Source of the DNA: Candidatus Bathyarchaeota archaeon
GTDB lineage: Archaea; Thermoproteota; Bathyarchaeia; Bathyarchaeales; Bathycorpusculaceae
Reading direction: 5' to 3'
Assembly (NCBI GenBank): GCA_963827165.1
Contig: CAWGZR010000010.1
Span: 32,001 to 96,000, forward strand
Length of the DNA stretch: 64,000 nucleotides
The stretch's first letter is position 1. Each line of letters begins with the position of its first letter. The position numbers and the translations under genes are program-made. The notes under the pieces were generated by a model. The model did not search any database and was not told where the DNA came from. It saw only the letters and a program-made list of their open reading frames with translations. Below, in pieces: positions 52,518-62,271 of this stretch.

Positions 52518-53708
52518 TTGCGTAGGCGCCAAAGCGTATTCAAAGATGAGTCAAGACTTGACATAAATTACGTTCCGCAGAAGCTTCCCCACAGAGAGTC
52601 GGAGCTTCGTTTGCTGACGGAGTTCTTCAGCTTCGTTATCCATTGCCCAGAGCGTATGGCTCAACGTATCATCGTTACAGGCGATGTGGGAACGGGAAAA
52701 ACAGCTCTTGCCCAGCATTTCGGCGCCACCATAACATCAGAAGCTAACAGACGAGGCGTAAAATTCCGATATATTCACATCAACTGTCGAGAGTTCCGTG
52801 GCAACCTTCTCCAGATCATTCATCAGACACTCGCCGCTTTCCGCCCCACCTACCCGGCCCGTGGATACTCAGAACAGGAAATTCTCACCGCTCTGATGCA
52901 GGTTCTAGACGAAGAACAGGTCTCCGTGGTGCTGACTCTGGATGAGTTTGACAGCGTCATCGAAAACGAAGGCTCAGACGCCGTATACAAGTTGACCAGG
53001 CTGCAGGAGATGCGGCAGGGCAAACCGCAGCGGCTCTCATTCATTTTTATCATGCGCGACCTAAAAGCGGTGGAGAAGCTGGACGCGAGCTCAAAAAGCA
53101 CCCTTCAACGCAGCATCATTTGCCTTGAACGGTATGGCAAACAACAACTGATCGATATACTCAGCGACCGTGTAGCCATGGCGTTTGAACTTGGCACTGT
53201 AGAAGAAGACGTCGTCGGATTAATTGCTGAGTTGTCTTTTAAGGAAACGGGGAACGCCCGCTTCGGAATCGAACTATTATGGCGCGCGGGCAAATACGCC
53301 GATTCCACCGACGCCGAGATGGTTGAAGCAGAATGCGTCCGGATGGCAGTTTCCAGCATCATCCCAAGCATGCGACGCAGCGATTTAGCCTCTTTGGGAC
53401 TGCATCAAAAACTGTTCCTCCTAGCCGTCGCACGCTTCTTCAAAGAGAACGAGCAAGCTTACGCGACGTTATCAGAAATTGAAAAAGCCTATTTGATTGT
53501 CTGCGAAGAATTCAATCAGAAAGCCAACAGTCACACGCAAATCTGGAACTATGCGCAGTACCTCTCGTCGCTGGGCGTCATCAAAATCGAAGTTGCATCC
53601 TCAGCCTCAAGGGGAAGATCAACCCAAGTTTCTCTGCCAGCTATTCCAGCATTTGAGCTTGAAAAAGAATTAAGCTCCTCGTTAACCTCAGAGAAAGAAA
53701 GGCTGTGA
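52518..53708 (+). CDS. cdc6: Orc1/Cdc6 replication initiator
   Basis: YVPQKLPHRE, GDVGTGKT, INC, LDEFD, GNARFGI, C-terminal WH with RGRS. Confidence 0.95.
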   Translation: MRRRQSVFKDESRLDINYVPQKLPHRESELRLLTEFFSFVIHCPERMAQRIIVTGDVGTGKTALAQHFGATITSEANRRGVKFRYIHINCREFRGNLLQIIHQTLAAFRPTYPARGYSEQEILTALMQVLDEEQVSVVLTLDEFDSVIENEGSDAVYKLTRLQEMRQGKPQRLSFIFIMRDLKAVEKLDASSKSTLQRSIICLERYGKQQLIDILSDRVAMAFELGTVEEDVVGLIAELSFKETGNARFGIELLWRAGKYADSTDAEMVEAECVRMAVSSIIPSMRRSDLASLGLHQKLFLLAVARFFKENEQAYATLSEIEKAYLIVCEEFNQKANSHTQIWNYAQYLSSLGVIKIEVASSASRGRSTQVSLPAIPAFELEKELSSSLTSEKERL

Positions 53709-53714
53709 TGCAGC

Positions 53715-53981
53715 ATGGAAATAGAAGAGGTTTTCTCATCGAAACTGCGTATGAAAATACTAAAAATGCTTTACGGTTTAGGCTACGTTAATGTTTCGGA
53801 TGTTGCCCGCCGTCTGGGCAGCAATTTCGCAGTGACTTCTAAGCATCTAAAAGTTTTGGAGGCGGAAGGGATTCTGCAGGGAACAACTTACGGTCGGGTT
53901 CGCTTGTACAGGTTCAACGAAGCCTCAGCCAAAGCAAAAGCAGTCAAGAATCTCATAGAGGCATGGGAACAAAACAGATAA
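53715..53981 (+). CDS. ArsR-like winged-helix protein
   Basis: FSSKLRMKIL...NVSDVARRL...KHLKVLEAEGIL...YGRVRLYR. Confidence 0.85.
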   Translation: MEIEEVFSSKLRMKILKMLYGLGYVNVSDVARRLGSNFAVTSKHLKVLEAEGILQGTTYGRVRLYRFNEASAKAKAVKNLIEAWEQNR

Positions 53982-54099
53982 CGTCATAATCGTTTTTCTT
54001 CCATCCTGATCAAGCAGGGTCAACTCAAAAACAAAAAGACATACAAGAAAGGAAAACAGAATTATCAACTAGAACAAGAACGCTACAGAGGAAAACACT

Positions 54100-54540
54100 T
54101 TGGCTATGGTTGATGTTTCAGATAAGGCGGAAATTTTTCGGGAAGCGACCGCGTCGGGAACAATAAAGTTGAAGCCCGAGACAATCGGCTTGATTAAGGC
54201 TGGAAAAATCGCTAAAGGCGACCCGCTCTACACTGCTAAAATCGCTGGTGTTCTCGCGGCGAAGAAAACAAGCAGTTTGATTCCTCTTTGTCACCCTCTT
54301 CCCTTGACTAATGTGCAAGTAGAGGTTAAAGTGTCAGGCGAAGGCTCAGTTGAGGTTTTGGCGACTGTGAAAGCCAAGGCGCAGACTGGCGTGGAGATGG
54401 AGGCGCTGGCTGCGGTTTCTATGGGTTTGCTAACTGTTTGGGACATGACAAAGCAGTATGAAAAAGACGCAGCTGGACAGTACCCGTCAACAGCTATTGA
54501 AAACATTCACGTTGTGCGAAAGTTCAAACAGCAGGTGTAA
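54100..54540 (+). CDS. moaC: Cyclic pyranopterin monophosphate synthase
   Basis: MVDVSDK, KKTSSLIPLCHP, TGVEMEAL, WDMTK. Confidence 0.95.
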   Translation: MAMVDVSDKAEIFREATASGTIKLKPETIGLIKAGKIAKGDPLYTAKIAGVLAAKKTSSLIPLCHPLPLTNVQVEVKVSGEGSVEVLATVKAKAQTGVEMEALAAVSMGLLTVWDMTKQYEKDAAGQYPSTAIENIHVVRKFKQQV

Positions 54541-54543
54541 AAC

Positions 54544-55074
54544 ATGAGCGAAACCACAAAGCAACATAAGACTAAAGCGCCAAAAACTCTCAACTTCGGA
54601 ATCTACATCTGCAGCACTTCGCGGTACACGCTTGTACAAAAGGGTGAAAAAGTCGATGATCTTGGCGGCGACACACTGATTGAACTCCTCAAAAAGGCAC
54701 AGCAGAATGTACTTTTTAAGCGGATAATCGCCGATGACAAGGAGCTGATTTCCGCAGCTGTAATGGAAGCCTTAGACATACCCGATTTAGACGTCTTGAT
54801 CTTTTCAGGAGGAACAGGCATCACCCACACTGACATCACGATCGAAACTGTTACACCCTTCTTCGAGAAAACTCTGCCAGGGTTCGGTGAGTTCTTCAGG
54901 GCCATAAGCTTCAGTAAGGTTGGCTCCGCCGCAGTTTTATCCCGCGCCGCCGCTGGCGTTGCTAATGGGAAAGCCCTGTTTTGTATTCCAGGTTCGCCAG
55001 ATGCCGTGCGGGTTGCGGCAGAAATGCTTATTTTGCCCGAGTCGCCACACATCGTTAAACACTCACGTGAATAA
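54544..55074 (+). CDS. moaB: Molybdenum cofactor biosynthesis protein B
   Basis: SGGTGI..D.TIE, LPGFGEFFR, LSRA.AG, PGSP. Confidence 0.92.
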   Translation: MSETTKQHKTKAPKTLNFGIYICSTSRYTLVQKGEKVDDLGGDTLIELLKKAQQNVLFKRIIADDKELISAAVMEALDIPDLDVLIFSGGTGITHTDITIETVTPFFEKTLPGFGEFFRAISFSKVGSAAVLSRAAAGVANGKALFCIPGSPDAVRVAAEMLILPESPHIVKHSRE

Positions 55075-55077
55075 CCA

Positions 55078-56010
55078 ATGAGTTTAACCGACAACTGCGG
55101 CAGACCCCTTCTTAACCTTAGGATTTCAATTACCCAGCGATGCAACAACCGCTGCGCATACTGTCACCGCGAAGGGGAAGTTCAACGAGCTAACCTTTCA
55201 GCCGAACAAATGACGTGTCAAGAAATTGTTCATATTGCACAAATAGCAATTAGCCTTGGTATCGCACGCGTAAAGTTGACTGGAGGCGAACCGCTCATGC
55301 GCCAAGACCTCCCAGAAATCGTTTCAGGCATCGCAGCGATTCAGGGTTTGAAGGACCTATCTTTAACAACTAATGGTCTGCTGCTGGGCGGGATGGCGAA
55401 GGACCTGAATATACGCGGACTTAAGCGTGTTAACATAAGTTTGCCCTCGCTCAAACCGGAAACTTACCGAAGATTGACAGGCGGCAAACTCCAAGATGCG
55501 TTGGAAGGGGTTAAAGCAGCTATTGAGGAGGGCTTCTGCCCGGTAAAGCTTAACATGGTTATCTTAAAGGATGTGAACGTAGGAGACGTTCCAGACTTGA
55601 TTGAGTACGCACGTCAAAACCATGTTGTCCTGCAACTTATTGAGCTCGACCCAGTCAACGTCGGCAGCGACTACTACTTGACGCATCACCGCAGCTTAGA
55701 CGATCAGGAACAGCTCCTCAAAGAGCAGGCTTTGACTGTTGAGAGCCGACCTTTCATGCATAACCGCCTAATCTACCATCTGCCAAACGTAACTGTCGAA
55801 GTTGTGCACCCTATCGAAAACACAGATTTTTGCATGCACTGCACTCGTATGCGCGTCACAAGCGACGGCAAACTAAAACCCTGCTTAATGAGAAACGACA
55901 ACTTAACAGACATCCTGACACCGATACGCCAAGGCGCAAACGATCTACAATTGAGACAACTGTTTGTCCAAGCCAATCAGCTAAGAGAGCCTTATAATAA
56001 AAGCAGCTAA
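55078..56010 (+). CDS. moaA: GTP 3',8-cyclase
   Basis: LRISITQRCNNRCAYCH, TGGEPL, FCMHCTRMRVTSDGKLKPCL. Confidence 0.95.
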   Translation: MSLTDNCGRPLLNLRISITQRCNNRCAYCHREGEVQRANLSAEQMTCQEIVHIAQIAISLGIARVKLTGGEPLMRQDLPEIVSGIAAIQGLKDLSLTTNGLLLGGMAKDLNIRGLKRVNISLPSLKPETYRRLTGGKLQDALEGVKAAIEEGFCPVKLNMVILKDVNVGDVPDLIEYARQNHVVLQLIELDPVNVGSDYYLTHHRSLDDQEQLLKEQALTVESRPFMHNRLIYHLPNVTVEVVHPIENTDFCMHCTRMRVTSDGKLKPCLMRNDNLTDILTPIRQGANDLQLRQLFVQANQLREPYNKSS

Positions 56011-56034
56011 TCAAAAGCAAAACGTTTTTTCGAA

Positions 56035-56532
56035 TTAAAGCTCAATTATCTTTGCTTCCTGCTTAGCCGTGTCCAGCAGAGCAATTGTGCATTTTCCAGT
56101 TAGGTAGCCGCAGAGTTCTCCAGGGTTTATGGCGAGTGTTTTTCCTCTTTTTTCGACGCGGCTGTAGTGAGAGTGCCCATGAATAACTGCGTCAAAGATT
56201 CCGCCTTCAATGATTGCATTGAGCAGCTCGGTTTCTTCCCCGTGTAGAAGCGCGATTCTGAAACCTTCGACCTCAACTTTGGCGAATCTTTCGTGTATTG
56301 TGCAGTTACTGGTTTCGCTGAAACGTCTTTTGAGGAGTTCGTGGTCTCCATCGTTGTTACCGAAGACGCCAACGAGTTTACAATTTAGCTGTTTTAGTTT
56401 GGGTAGAACGAAGCCTGCAACGTAGTCGCCTGCGTGAAGGACTAAACCAACTTTTTGGTCATTAAGGTATTTCACTGCCTTCTCGATTTGAGGCAGGTTG
56501 TCATGGGTATCTGAGATTGCGCCTACAAGCAT
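56035..56532 (-). CDS. YfcE/MJ0936 family metallophosphoesterase
   Basis: SDTHDN, HAGD, GNND, HGHSH, NPGE. Confidence 0.92.
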   Translation of the reverse strand: MLVGAISDTHDNLPQIEKAVKYLNDQKVGLVLHAGDYVAGFVLPKLKQLNCKLVGVFGNNDGDHELLKRRFSETSNCTIHERFAKVEVEGFRIALLHGEETELLNAIIEGGIFDAVIHGHSHYSRVEKRGKTLAINPGELCGYLTGKCTIALLDTAKQEAKIIEL

Positions 56533-57063
56533 AACCGATCACAATTGATTTTTCACTCGTTGCTGCAATAAAGGTTTTCGCTTGTTTAACCGCGATTTGA
56601 AAAAAAGGATGGGAGTGCAGTTGTTTTCACGCTATCCTTTTTGAATGGAAAGAAGAAACAAACTGGACATAATGCCAGCATGCTGGAAACAACTAAAAAA
56701 GAAAGATGGAACGAATTACTTCGTCCCAAATCCTAAACTTATTTTGATCATCCTCGTTTGAAAAAAGGTTTCTTGGTCGCACCCTGCGGTGGACGTTAAA
56801 CGCATTTTTTGTTGTTGTGGACTCAATAGCGGAAAAAGACTTCACAAGCTTCCAGCATTAATTCCCCGCCTTCAGCTTCATCGTACCTCGATTTTCTCAT
56901 CGTCCAAGGTTTTAGGAACCCTAACGGGTTTATTTACGTTTTCCATAAGTCAGAGCCTTAGGCACCTAAAATAAAGCGTCAATTAGTTTGAGGTTGATTT
57001 GCCAAGTTGGTTTTAGGGTTACACCTAGTTTTTTGATGAAAGAAAAAAGTGGCTAAAGCAGGG

Positions 57064-57396
57064 TTAATCTGAGTTTAGTAGCTTAGCTTTCAGCGAGATT
57101 TCTTCCGAAATCTGATCTCTGGTTTTACCTTCTGTGGATATTCCCAAGCTTCTTGCTGCGTCAATCAAGACTTCGTCTCTGCTCTTCAAAGCAGGCGGTG
57201 GAGGCACATTAAAAGTTGTCACGGAACTTGTCTGTGGTGTTTCGCTCGCTGCCTTCGTGAATTCGTTCTGTGCTTTAGTGAATTCGCCCTTAGCCCTACC
57301 TAGTGCTTTAGCAAACTCGGGGATTTTCGCTGGACCCCAAAGGATCACAACTATGGCGATTGCGCCGATAATAAGCCATTCTATACCATCTAGCAT
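57064..57396 (-). CDS. tatA: Twin-arginine translocase TatA/E
   Basis: GIEWLII...LWGPAKIPEFAKALGRAKGEF. Confidence 0.9.
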   Translation of the reverse strand: MLDGIEWLIIGAIAIVVILWGPAKIPEFAKALGRAKGEFTKAQNEFTKAASETPQTSSVTTFNVPPPPALKSRDEVLIDAARSLGISTEGKTRDQISEEISLKAKLLNSD

Positions 57397-57548
57397 AGCA
57401 AAAATTCTCCTGTTTTAAAAGATTATTTTCTTTACATTAAAGTTCTTTTTAATTCTTAAATAGATTTGTTGTTGTACCCTAGCAATCACCAACTCGCTAC
57501 TCCAAGTCTCTTTCTACTTTTTCTGTTTGGATGATTTTGACTAAAAAC

Positions 57549-57690
57549 CGTGTGGGAAATTCTGCGAATTTTTCTTTGTGTTTTGGGTTGCTTTTTTGGT
57601 TTGGGACTTGGATTGACTGCAGGTTACGTCTTAAAATCTCCATAAATCTCTAGAAAGCTCCATAAATCTCTAGGAATATCCAGTAACCTC
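57549..57690 (+). repeat. Conserved motif + 10-bp array, copy E
   Basis: Motif 57549-57625 nearly identical to the reverse complement of 34148-34222; array 57631-57690 (CATAAATCTC-like, 6 units). Confidence 0.85.
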
Positions 57691-57724
57691 TCAAAGAAAA
57701 GAAAACAAAAAGGAGACGAAAAAA

Positions 57725-58003
57725 TTGCCTCTAAACCAACGCCTAAATTTCAAAGCCACGTTACGTAAAATAGGCCGCATCCAAATCCCAAAAATCATGC
57801 AGGAACAGTTCCAGTTGGAAACAACTCAAACGCTCAACGTAACAATCAGCCATGCGAACAGCTTAGGCGTAAATGAGCGCTTTATGGGAAAAATGCGAAA
57901 AGACGGATGCATCACAATCCCACCCGCAGCACTATTTCTGCTAAAAGGAGAAATGCCAAACCTCGAAAACCACCTCCTAGACGTCACCATAGAACCACTA
58001 TAA
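57725..58003 (+). CDS. Tandem AbrB/SpoVT (MraZ-like) protein, paralog E
   Basis: MPLNQRLNFKATLRKIGRIQIPK...DGCITIP...VTIEPL, 92 aa. Confidence 0.75.
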   Translation: MPLNQRLNFKATLRKIGRIQIPKIMQEQFQLETTQTLNVTISHANSLGVNERFMGKMRKDGCITIPPAALFLLKGEMPNLENHLLDVTIEPL

Positions 58004-58262
58004 AGACAACCACCAGAAACCTAAAAAACCCTAAACGCAACCAATGCCCATATAGCTTGGACCATTTCCTCAACATACTCCCTGATTCATAAATCAAACA
58101 AGAAAATCCAGCTCAAGACAAATTCGCTTCCCGTCTGCCCAAAAAAATGTAAGTTTGAGCATAAACCTGCGCCTTCCAAAAATCCAGAAGCACATGACTC
58201 ATCAGGAGCCATTTTGCTTTCTCAAATTTTATTAGGAAGGGGAATGTTTTTAGTTAGAAAAG

Positions 58263-58337
58263 GGGTCCGTGGCGCAGTACGGATAGCGCGTCAGCCTTCT
58301 AAGCTGAAAGTCGTGGGTTCAAATCCCACCGGACCCG
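58263..58337 (+). tRNA. tRNA-Arg(TCT)
   Basis: GGGTCCG/CGGACCC acceptor stem, TCAGC-CT-TCT-AA-GCTGA, GTGGG-TTCAAAT-CCCAC. Confidence 0.95.
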
Positions 58338-58578
58338 CTAAAGCTTCTCTCCCGAGAGAATCTTTGGCAAGAGAGGGGGAATTCAGGTTGTTGCGGTTCT
58401 CTATGGCTTGGATCAGGTCCTTCAAAACGTTTTCAGAGGCTTTTGACACGTTGATGCCAAGAGAATGCGCTTTTTCATAAACGCTTTTTGAAATTGCTAT
58501 GGAGACCTTAACTTTTTCTCCGTTTTGAGTATCTGTACCGTTTTGCACGTCTTTTTCTGTACTATCAGCTTTCTTCAT
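58291..58578 (-). CDS. Integrase N-terminal fragment (RHH/CcdA-like domain) overlapping the tRNA
   Basis: KVSIAISKSVYEKAHSLGINVSKASE, then AGPVGFEPTT (antisense of the tRNA 3' half). Confidence 0.7.
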   Translation of the reverse strand: MKKADSTEKDVQNGTDTQNGEKVKVSIAISKSVYEKAHSLGINVSKASENVLKDLIQAIENRNNLNSPSLAKDSLGREALAGPVGFEPTTFSLEG

Positions 58579-58991
58579 TAGACTTCTAACCCATCTGCTT
58601 TCAATTTTTCTTTCAGTCGCAGGAGAACCTCTTTAAACTCTGTTTTGTCTTTCTGGCTCATGACAATTCTAAGCAAACCCCATTGAGCTCTAAAAGAAGC
58701 TGTGTTTTCTTCCATGCGTTTGTTAAGCTCTTCAGGTTTTCCTTCTCCAAGCGTTCGCTCCATGAAAATTTCAAGATGTCTATAAGCCATTATTCCAGCG
58801 AGTTCAACATACCAAGCAGCAAGATTTCCAAGGGGTAAGGAACTGAAATTATCAAGAATTTTCTTATACTCCAGATCATCTTTAGGAAGAACGAAAGAAT
58901 ATTCCACGTTATACTTGCTAATTGTGGTCTTTTTGACTTGTTTCTTCTTGACAAGGCCATTGAGATGTCGATAAACAATCTGGTCTGTCAT
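58578..58991 (-). CDS. Winged-helix regulator
   Basis: VYRHLNGLVKKKQVKK...NVEYS; frame is open upstream to ~59115. Confidence 0.65.
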   Translation of the reverse strand: MTDQIVYRHLNGLVKKKQVKKTTISKYNVEYSFVLPKDDLEYKKILDNFSSLPLGNLAAWYVELAGIMAYRHLEIFMERTLGEGKPEELNKRMEENTASFRAQWGLLRIVMSQKDKTEFKEVLLRLKEKLKADGLEV

Positions 58992-59225
58992 ACCTGGGTT
59001 GATGGTTTGCCTGGCTAATGCAGTAAGTTCAGATGACCGTACTTTCTTTCTATTAATAAGGAGTTGAAAGACGTCGTTGCAAACATCACAATTTCCGATT
59101 CCATGAACTTGTTTTTTTGTCGTTTTTAACCATCCTTGTCAGACTTTCACACTACGCGTACTTCTACGCACGCGTATAACTTATAAGACTTTCGGACATT
59201 CAAGCGATTAAGGAAAGTGAGTAAT

Positions 59226-59369
59226 TTGGAAAGATGTAGAATAACCGTTCAAATTAGGCCAACTGACAAAACAAAAATTGAGCAGCGAATCAAAAAAGAC
59301 TATCCGAAACTCAAGAACACATCTGACGTCATACATGCTGCATTAGACCAATTTTTGAGCTCATCTTAA
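59226..59369 (+). CDS. CopG/RHH protein (47 aa)
   Basis: MERCRITVQIRPTDKTKIEQRIKKDYPKLKNTSDVIHAALDQFLSSS. Confidence 0.65.
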   Translation: MERCRITVQIRPTDKTKIEQRIKKDYPKLKNTSDVIHAALDQFLSSS

Positions 59370-59403
59370 AAAAAAATGAGCAAAGTGGTGGGCTTTACTC
59401 GAT

Positions 59404-59571
59404 ATGAAAGAAACACAGCTAAACCTTAAAAAATTTACGTTATCTCCTAAAGTAGAACGCTGCGGCCAATGTCTAAATTTTGAGAAAAGCAGCTGCAAAC
59501 TCGGCTATGCAGTAAACTCCAGTTCTAAAGCGTGTCCTCAGGGATCCGCGCGCACGAGGCCACGGCCATGA
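59404..59571 (+). CDS. Small Cys-rich protein
   Basis: RCGQCLNF...C...KAC; stop overlaps the next ATG. Confidence 0.45.
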   Translation: MKETQLNLKKFTLSPKVERCGQCLNFEKSSCKLGYAVNSSSKACPQGSARTRPRP

Positions 59572-59837
59572 CTGAAGCTGAAGTTAACCAATTCAAAGAA
59601 GCATGCAAAGAACGTATCCGATTAGCAGAAAAAAACCCCGTAGCAGACGTAGAAATACCGATCTGCGACACCTGCGGAAAACCCACAGTTCCCACCCATA
59701 TGGACGATGCTAAGACTCAGTGGTATAAATGCGAACAAGGACACCAAACAAGCACGCCAACTATTAGACGAAATCAAAGAAGGCAGACACCAATGACTGA
59801 AGAACCAACCGCAGAACAACTTGAGAGACGCGGTTGA
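59568..59837 (+). CDS. Zinc-ribbon protein
   Basis: ICDTCGKP...WYKCEQGH. Confidence 0.55.
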   Translation: MTEAEVNQFKEACKERIRLAEKNPVADVEIPICDTCGKPTVPTHMDDAKTQWYKCEQGHQTSTPTIRRNQRRQTPMTEEPTAEQLERRG

Positions 59838-61437
59838 AATACAAGCAGAGCAAAATGAGGGAATCATGGCAGAATTTTATAATGAAAAAGGCATTTTCAA
59901 AACTGCCTTAGTGGCTCAGTACCTACATGACAATTACCACTTTAAAATCGACCGAGCAACCGAGATACTATATTATGGTGACGAAACAACAAAAACGTGG
60001 AAACCGAAAGGCGAAATCTACCTACAAGAAATCTTAAGCAGACTTTTGGGTGAAGAAAACACAAAGGCAATCTACACAAACGTACTCCATGACCTAAAAG
60101 GCTTAACCTACACTAACATAGTTTTCAGCAAAAAATTAGCCGTTGAAAACGGACTATTGGACGTTGAAACGGGAGAGTTAACAGAGCCCATCCTAGAAGA
60201 AATGGCCTATCACCAAATTCCAGTAAAATATGACCCTGCAGCTGAGTGTCCTAATTGGGAACAATTCATAAGCCAGGTAGTTTACCCTGATGATCTGGCC
60301 ACAATCCAAGAGTGGAGCGGATTCCTATTTTTGCCGGATTATCGTTTTCATAAACTTTTATGGGTTCATGGCGCCGGACGAAACGGAAAGGGAGTTTGGC
60401 AGCGAACAATGGAAGCTATCCTGGGAGAAAGCAACATTTCAAGCGTAGGCCTCGAAGAATTTGATGGAACACACCGTTTCGCGTTAACACAGCTCTATGG
60501 AAAACTGTTTAATCCCTGCAGCGAGCCCACCACCAACAGGATCCTGCAAACGGCTCTGCTCAAAAAAGCCACTGGCCAAGACACGATAGAGGCAGAAATC
60601 AAAGGAAAACAGGCTAGAATCCAGTTTAGGAACTACTCAAAAATAACGGTCCTGGCCAACAAATTTCCAAAAGTCACTGATACAACCACGGCCTTCAAAG
60701 AAAGACGCCTTTTCATCAAGTTTCCAAACGAATTCACTGGAAAAGACCAAATTCAGAACGTAGAAAAAAACTGGCTTGTTATCAACGATGAAAAAGCCGG
60801 TATTCTAAACTGGATGCTTAAAGGCCTTCAAAGACTACTCTCTCAAGGTTATTTTACCGAGAGCAAAACACAGCTGGAAACAGAAATAGAATTTTTCAGA
60901 GCAAGTGACACGATTAGCGCCTTCCTAACTGAAATGGCAATTCTCGACAAAAACCGAGTAACTACAAGAAATGAGGCTTTCGAAGCTTACAAAAACTATT
61001 GTGATGTCCTATGTTTAGATCCTGAACCTGAAAAGAAATTTACTCAAAGATTGAAAAATACCCCAAAAATAAGTGTTTGTTTCGTTAGAATCCCAAAACA
61101 AGAACGTGCATGGAAAGGGTTAGGCCTAAAAAACATTGACGACGACGGAAAAATTACTCAAAATGCTACACTTGCTACACTTGCTACACGAGAAGGGGTA
61201 GTTATACCTCGCGATATTTCCGAGATATCTAAAAATGAGGTGAGTATAAACACCCATTTTCCTGTAGCAAGTGTAGCATCTGTAGCAAGAAACTATCCTA
61301 ACCGTTTTTGTTCTGAGGAGTGCAAAAATTTTGATAGGCCTTCTTGCATGGCTCCGAATTGGCAGAGTTTAAACAAAAAGTCAGAGTTGCCTTGCAGCTG
61401 TAAAGGCTACAGTTACCTCGGCGCGCAGGAGAGTTAG
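59821..61437 (+). CDS. SF3 (P4/D5-type) DNA helicase without a primase domain
   Basis: VENGLLD..TG, YDPAAECPNW, GAGRNGKG Walker A, LYGKL, KKATGQD, ANKFP, ERR; C-terminal Cys cluster. Confidence 0.9.
   Translation: MRDAVEIQAEQNEGIMAEFYNEKGIFKTALVAQYLHDNYHFKIDRATEILYYGDETTKTWKPKGEIYLQEILSRLLGEENTKAIYTNVLHDLKGLTYTNIVFSKKLAVENGLLDVETGELTEPILEEMAYHQIPVKYDPAAECPNWEQFISQVVYPDDLATIQEWSGFLFLPDYRFHKLLWVHGAGRNGKGVWQRTMEAILGESNISSVGLEEFDGTHRFALTQLYGKLFNPCSEPTTNRILQTALLKKATGQDTIEAEIKGKQARIQFRNYSKITVLANKFPKVTDTTTAFKERRLFIKFPNEFTGKDQIQNVEKNWLVINDEKAGILNWMLKGLQRLLSQGYFTESKTQLETEIEFFRASDTISAFLTEMAILDKNRVTTRNEAFEAYKNYCDVLCLDPEPEKKFTQRLKNTPKISVCFVRIPKQERAWKGLGLKNIDDDGKITQNATLATLATREGVVIPRDISEISKNEVSINTHFPVASVASVARNYPNRFCSEECKNFDRPSCMAPNWQSLNKKSELPCSCKGYSYLGAQES
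61164..61287. repeat. Inverted sets of 9-bp iterons inside the helicase gene
   Basis: TGCTACAC x3 (61164, 61173, 61182) and TGTAGCA x3 (61263, 61272, 61281). Confidence 0.85.
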
Positions 61438-61439
61438 CC

Positions 61440-61661
61440 ATGTCTGCTACTAAGAACTTAAGTTTGGAAGTATGCGGTAAGATTTCGCTAAGTGAGCGTC
61501 AGCAACTTAAGATAGTTATCCTGGATCCTGAAACGGGGAAACCTCTTGTTTTTTATACGTATATTCGGGAAGTGGACCAGGCGATCCGGTGCGCGCCTTT
61601 CTATGCTAAGATCTTTAGAGTGAAGGATCCAATCGCTGAGTTTGAGGCCAAGAAACTTTGA
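61440..61661 (+). CDS. Hypothetical protein
   Basis: GGAG Shine-Dalgarno; tightly packed after the helicase. Confidence 0.55.
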   Translation: MSATKNLSLEVCGKISLSERQQLKIVILDPETGKPLVFYTYIREVDQAIRCAPFYAKIFRVKDPIAEFEAKKL

Positions 61662-62134
61662 CGGAAGGCTTCTATCATCATTACCTCGATTTCTTCAGCG
61701 GCTTCATAAAGATCAATCTCGGATCCTTAACCGCTGTCACCTGCGTGATCCTATTTTTCATAACTAAGATCGGTTGGTTTTTGGCAGGGTTCAGCACAGC
61801 ATCCATGGTGACTCTGTTCTATTCATTGAATTATTTCAGTAGATTCAGGGATTTTAAGGAAGAATTATATCAATTCTTTCCAAAGTTGGATAAATTACAA
61901 TTAAATTATGAAAATTCTGTAAATATTACAGAAGAAATTGATAAAATACTAGTTAACAACGAAGATTTACCTTTGAGGGCCTGCAGATTATATGTGCAGG
62001 GTGAAACCTGCGCCGGTATTAAGCAGAAATTTGGCCTAAAGCATCCTGAGCAGGCGCATCGAGTGCTTCAGAAGGGAATTAAGCAGCTACTAATCAGCTT
62101 TGAAGGAAAAAACCCTAATGAAACTCAAAAATAA
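61658..62134 (+). CDS. Two-TM protein with a C-terminal HTH-like segment
   Basis: Two hydrophobic segments; RLYVQGETCAGIKQKFGL...AHRVLQKGI. Confidence 0.55.
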   Translation: MTEGFYHHYLDFFSGFIKINLGSLTAVTCVILFFITKIGWFLAGFSTASMVTLFYSLNYFSRFRDFKEELYQFFPKLDKLQLNYENSVNITEEIDKILVNNEDLPLRACRLYVQGETCAGIKQKFGLKHPEQAHRVLQKGIKQLLISFEGKNPNETQK

Positions 62135-62271
62135 CTTAGAAACAGGTTACTTTCCAATTCACATCTCACGTACACTAGTTGAGGTATATTCCCATACTGG
62201 AGTTATTGAGAGAGTGCCTTGTATGTGCGGTTACATAATAGACGTATATTATGAAATAAGGTGAGGGTTGA

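Noticed and set aside
56645-56760. Winged-helix gene remnant (MERRNKLDI...)
   Set aside because: Too short and disrupted to support as a feature
57550-57645. Conserved motif as a hydrophobic peptide (VWEILRIFLCVLGCFFGLGLGLTAGYVLKSP), type I toxin-like
   Set aside because: Frame is not preserved across the five copies (indel in A, TAG in C), and T/G-rich DNA translates as hydrophobic by default; not fully excluded given homopolymer errors
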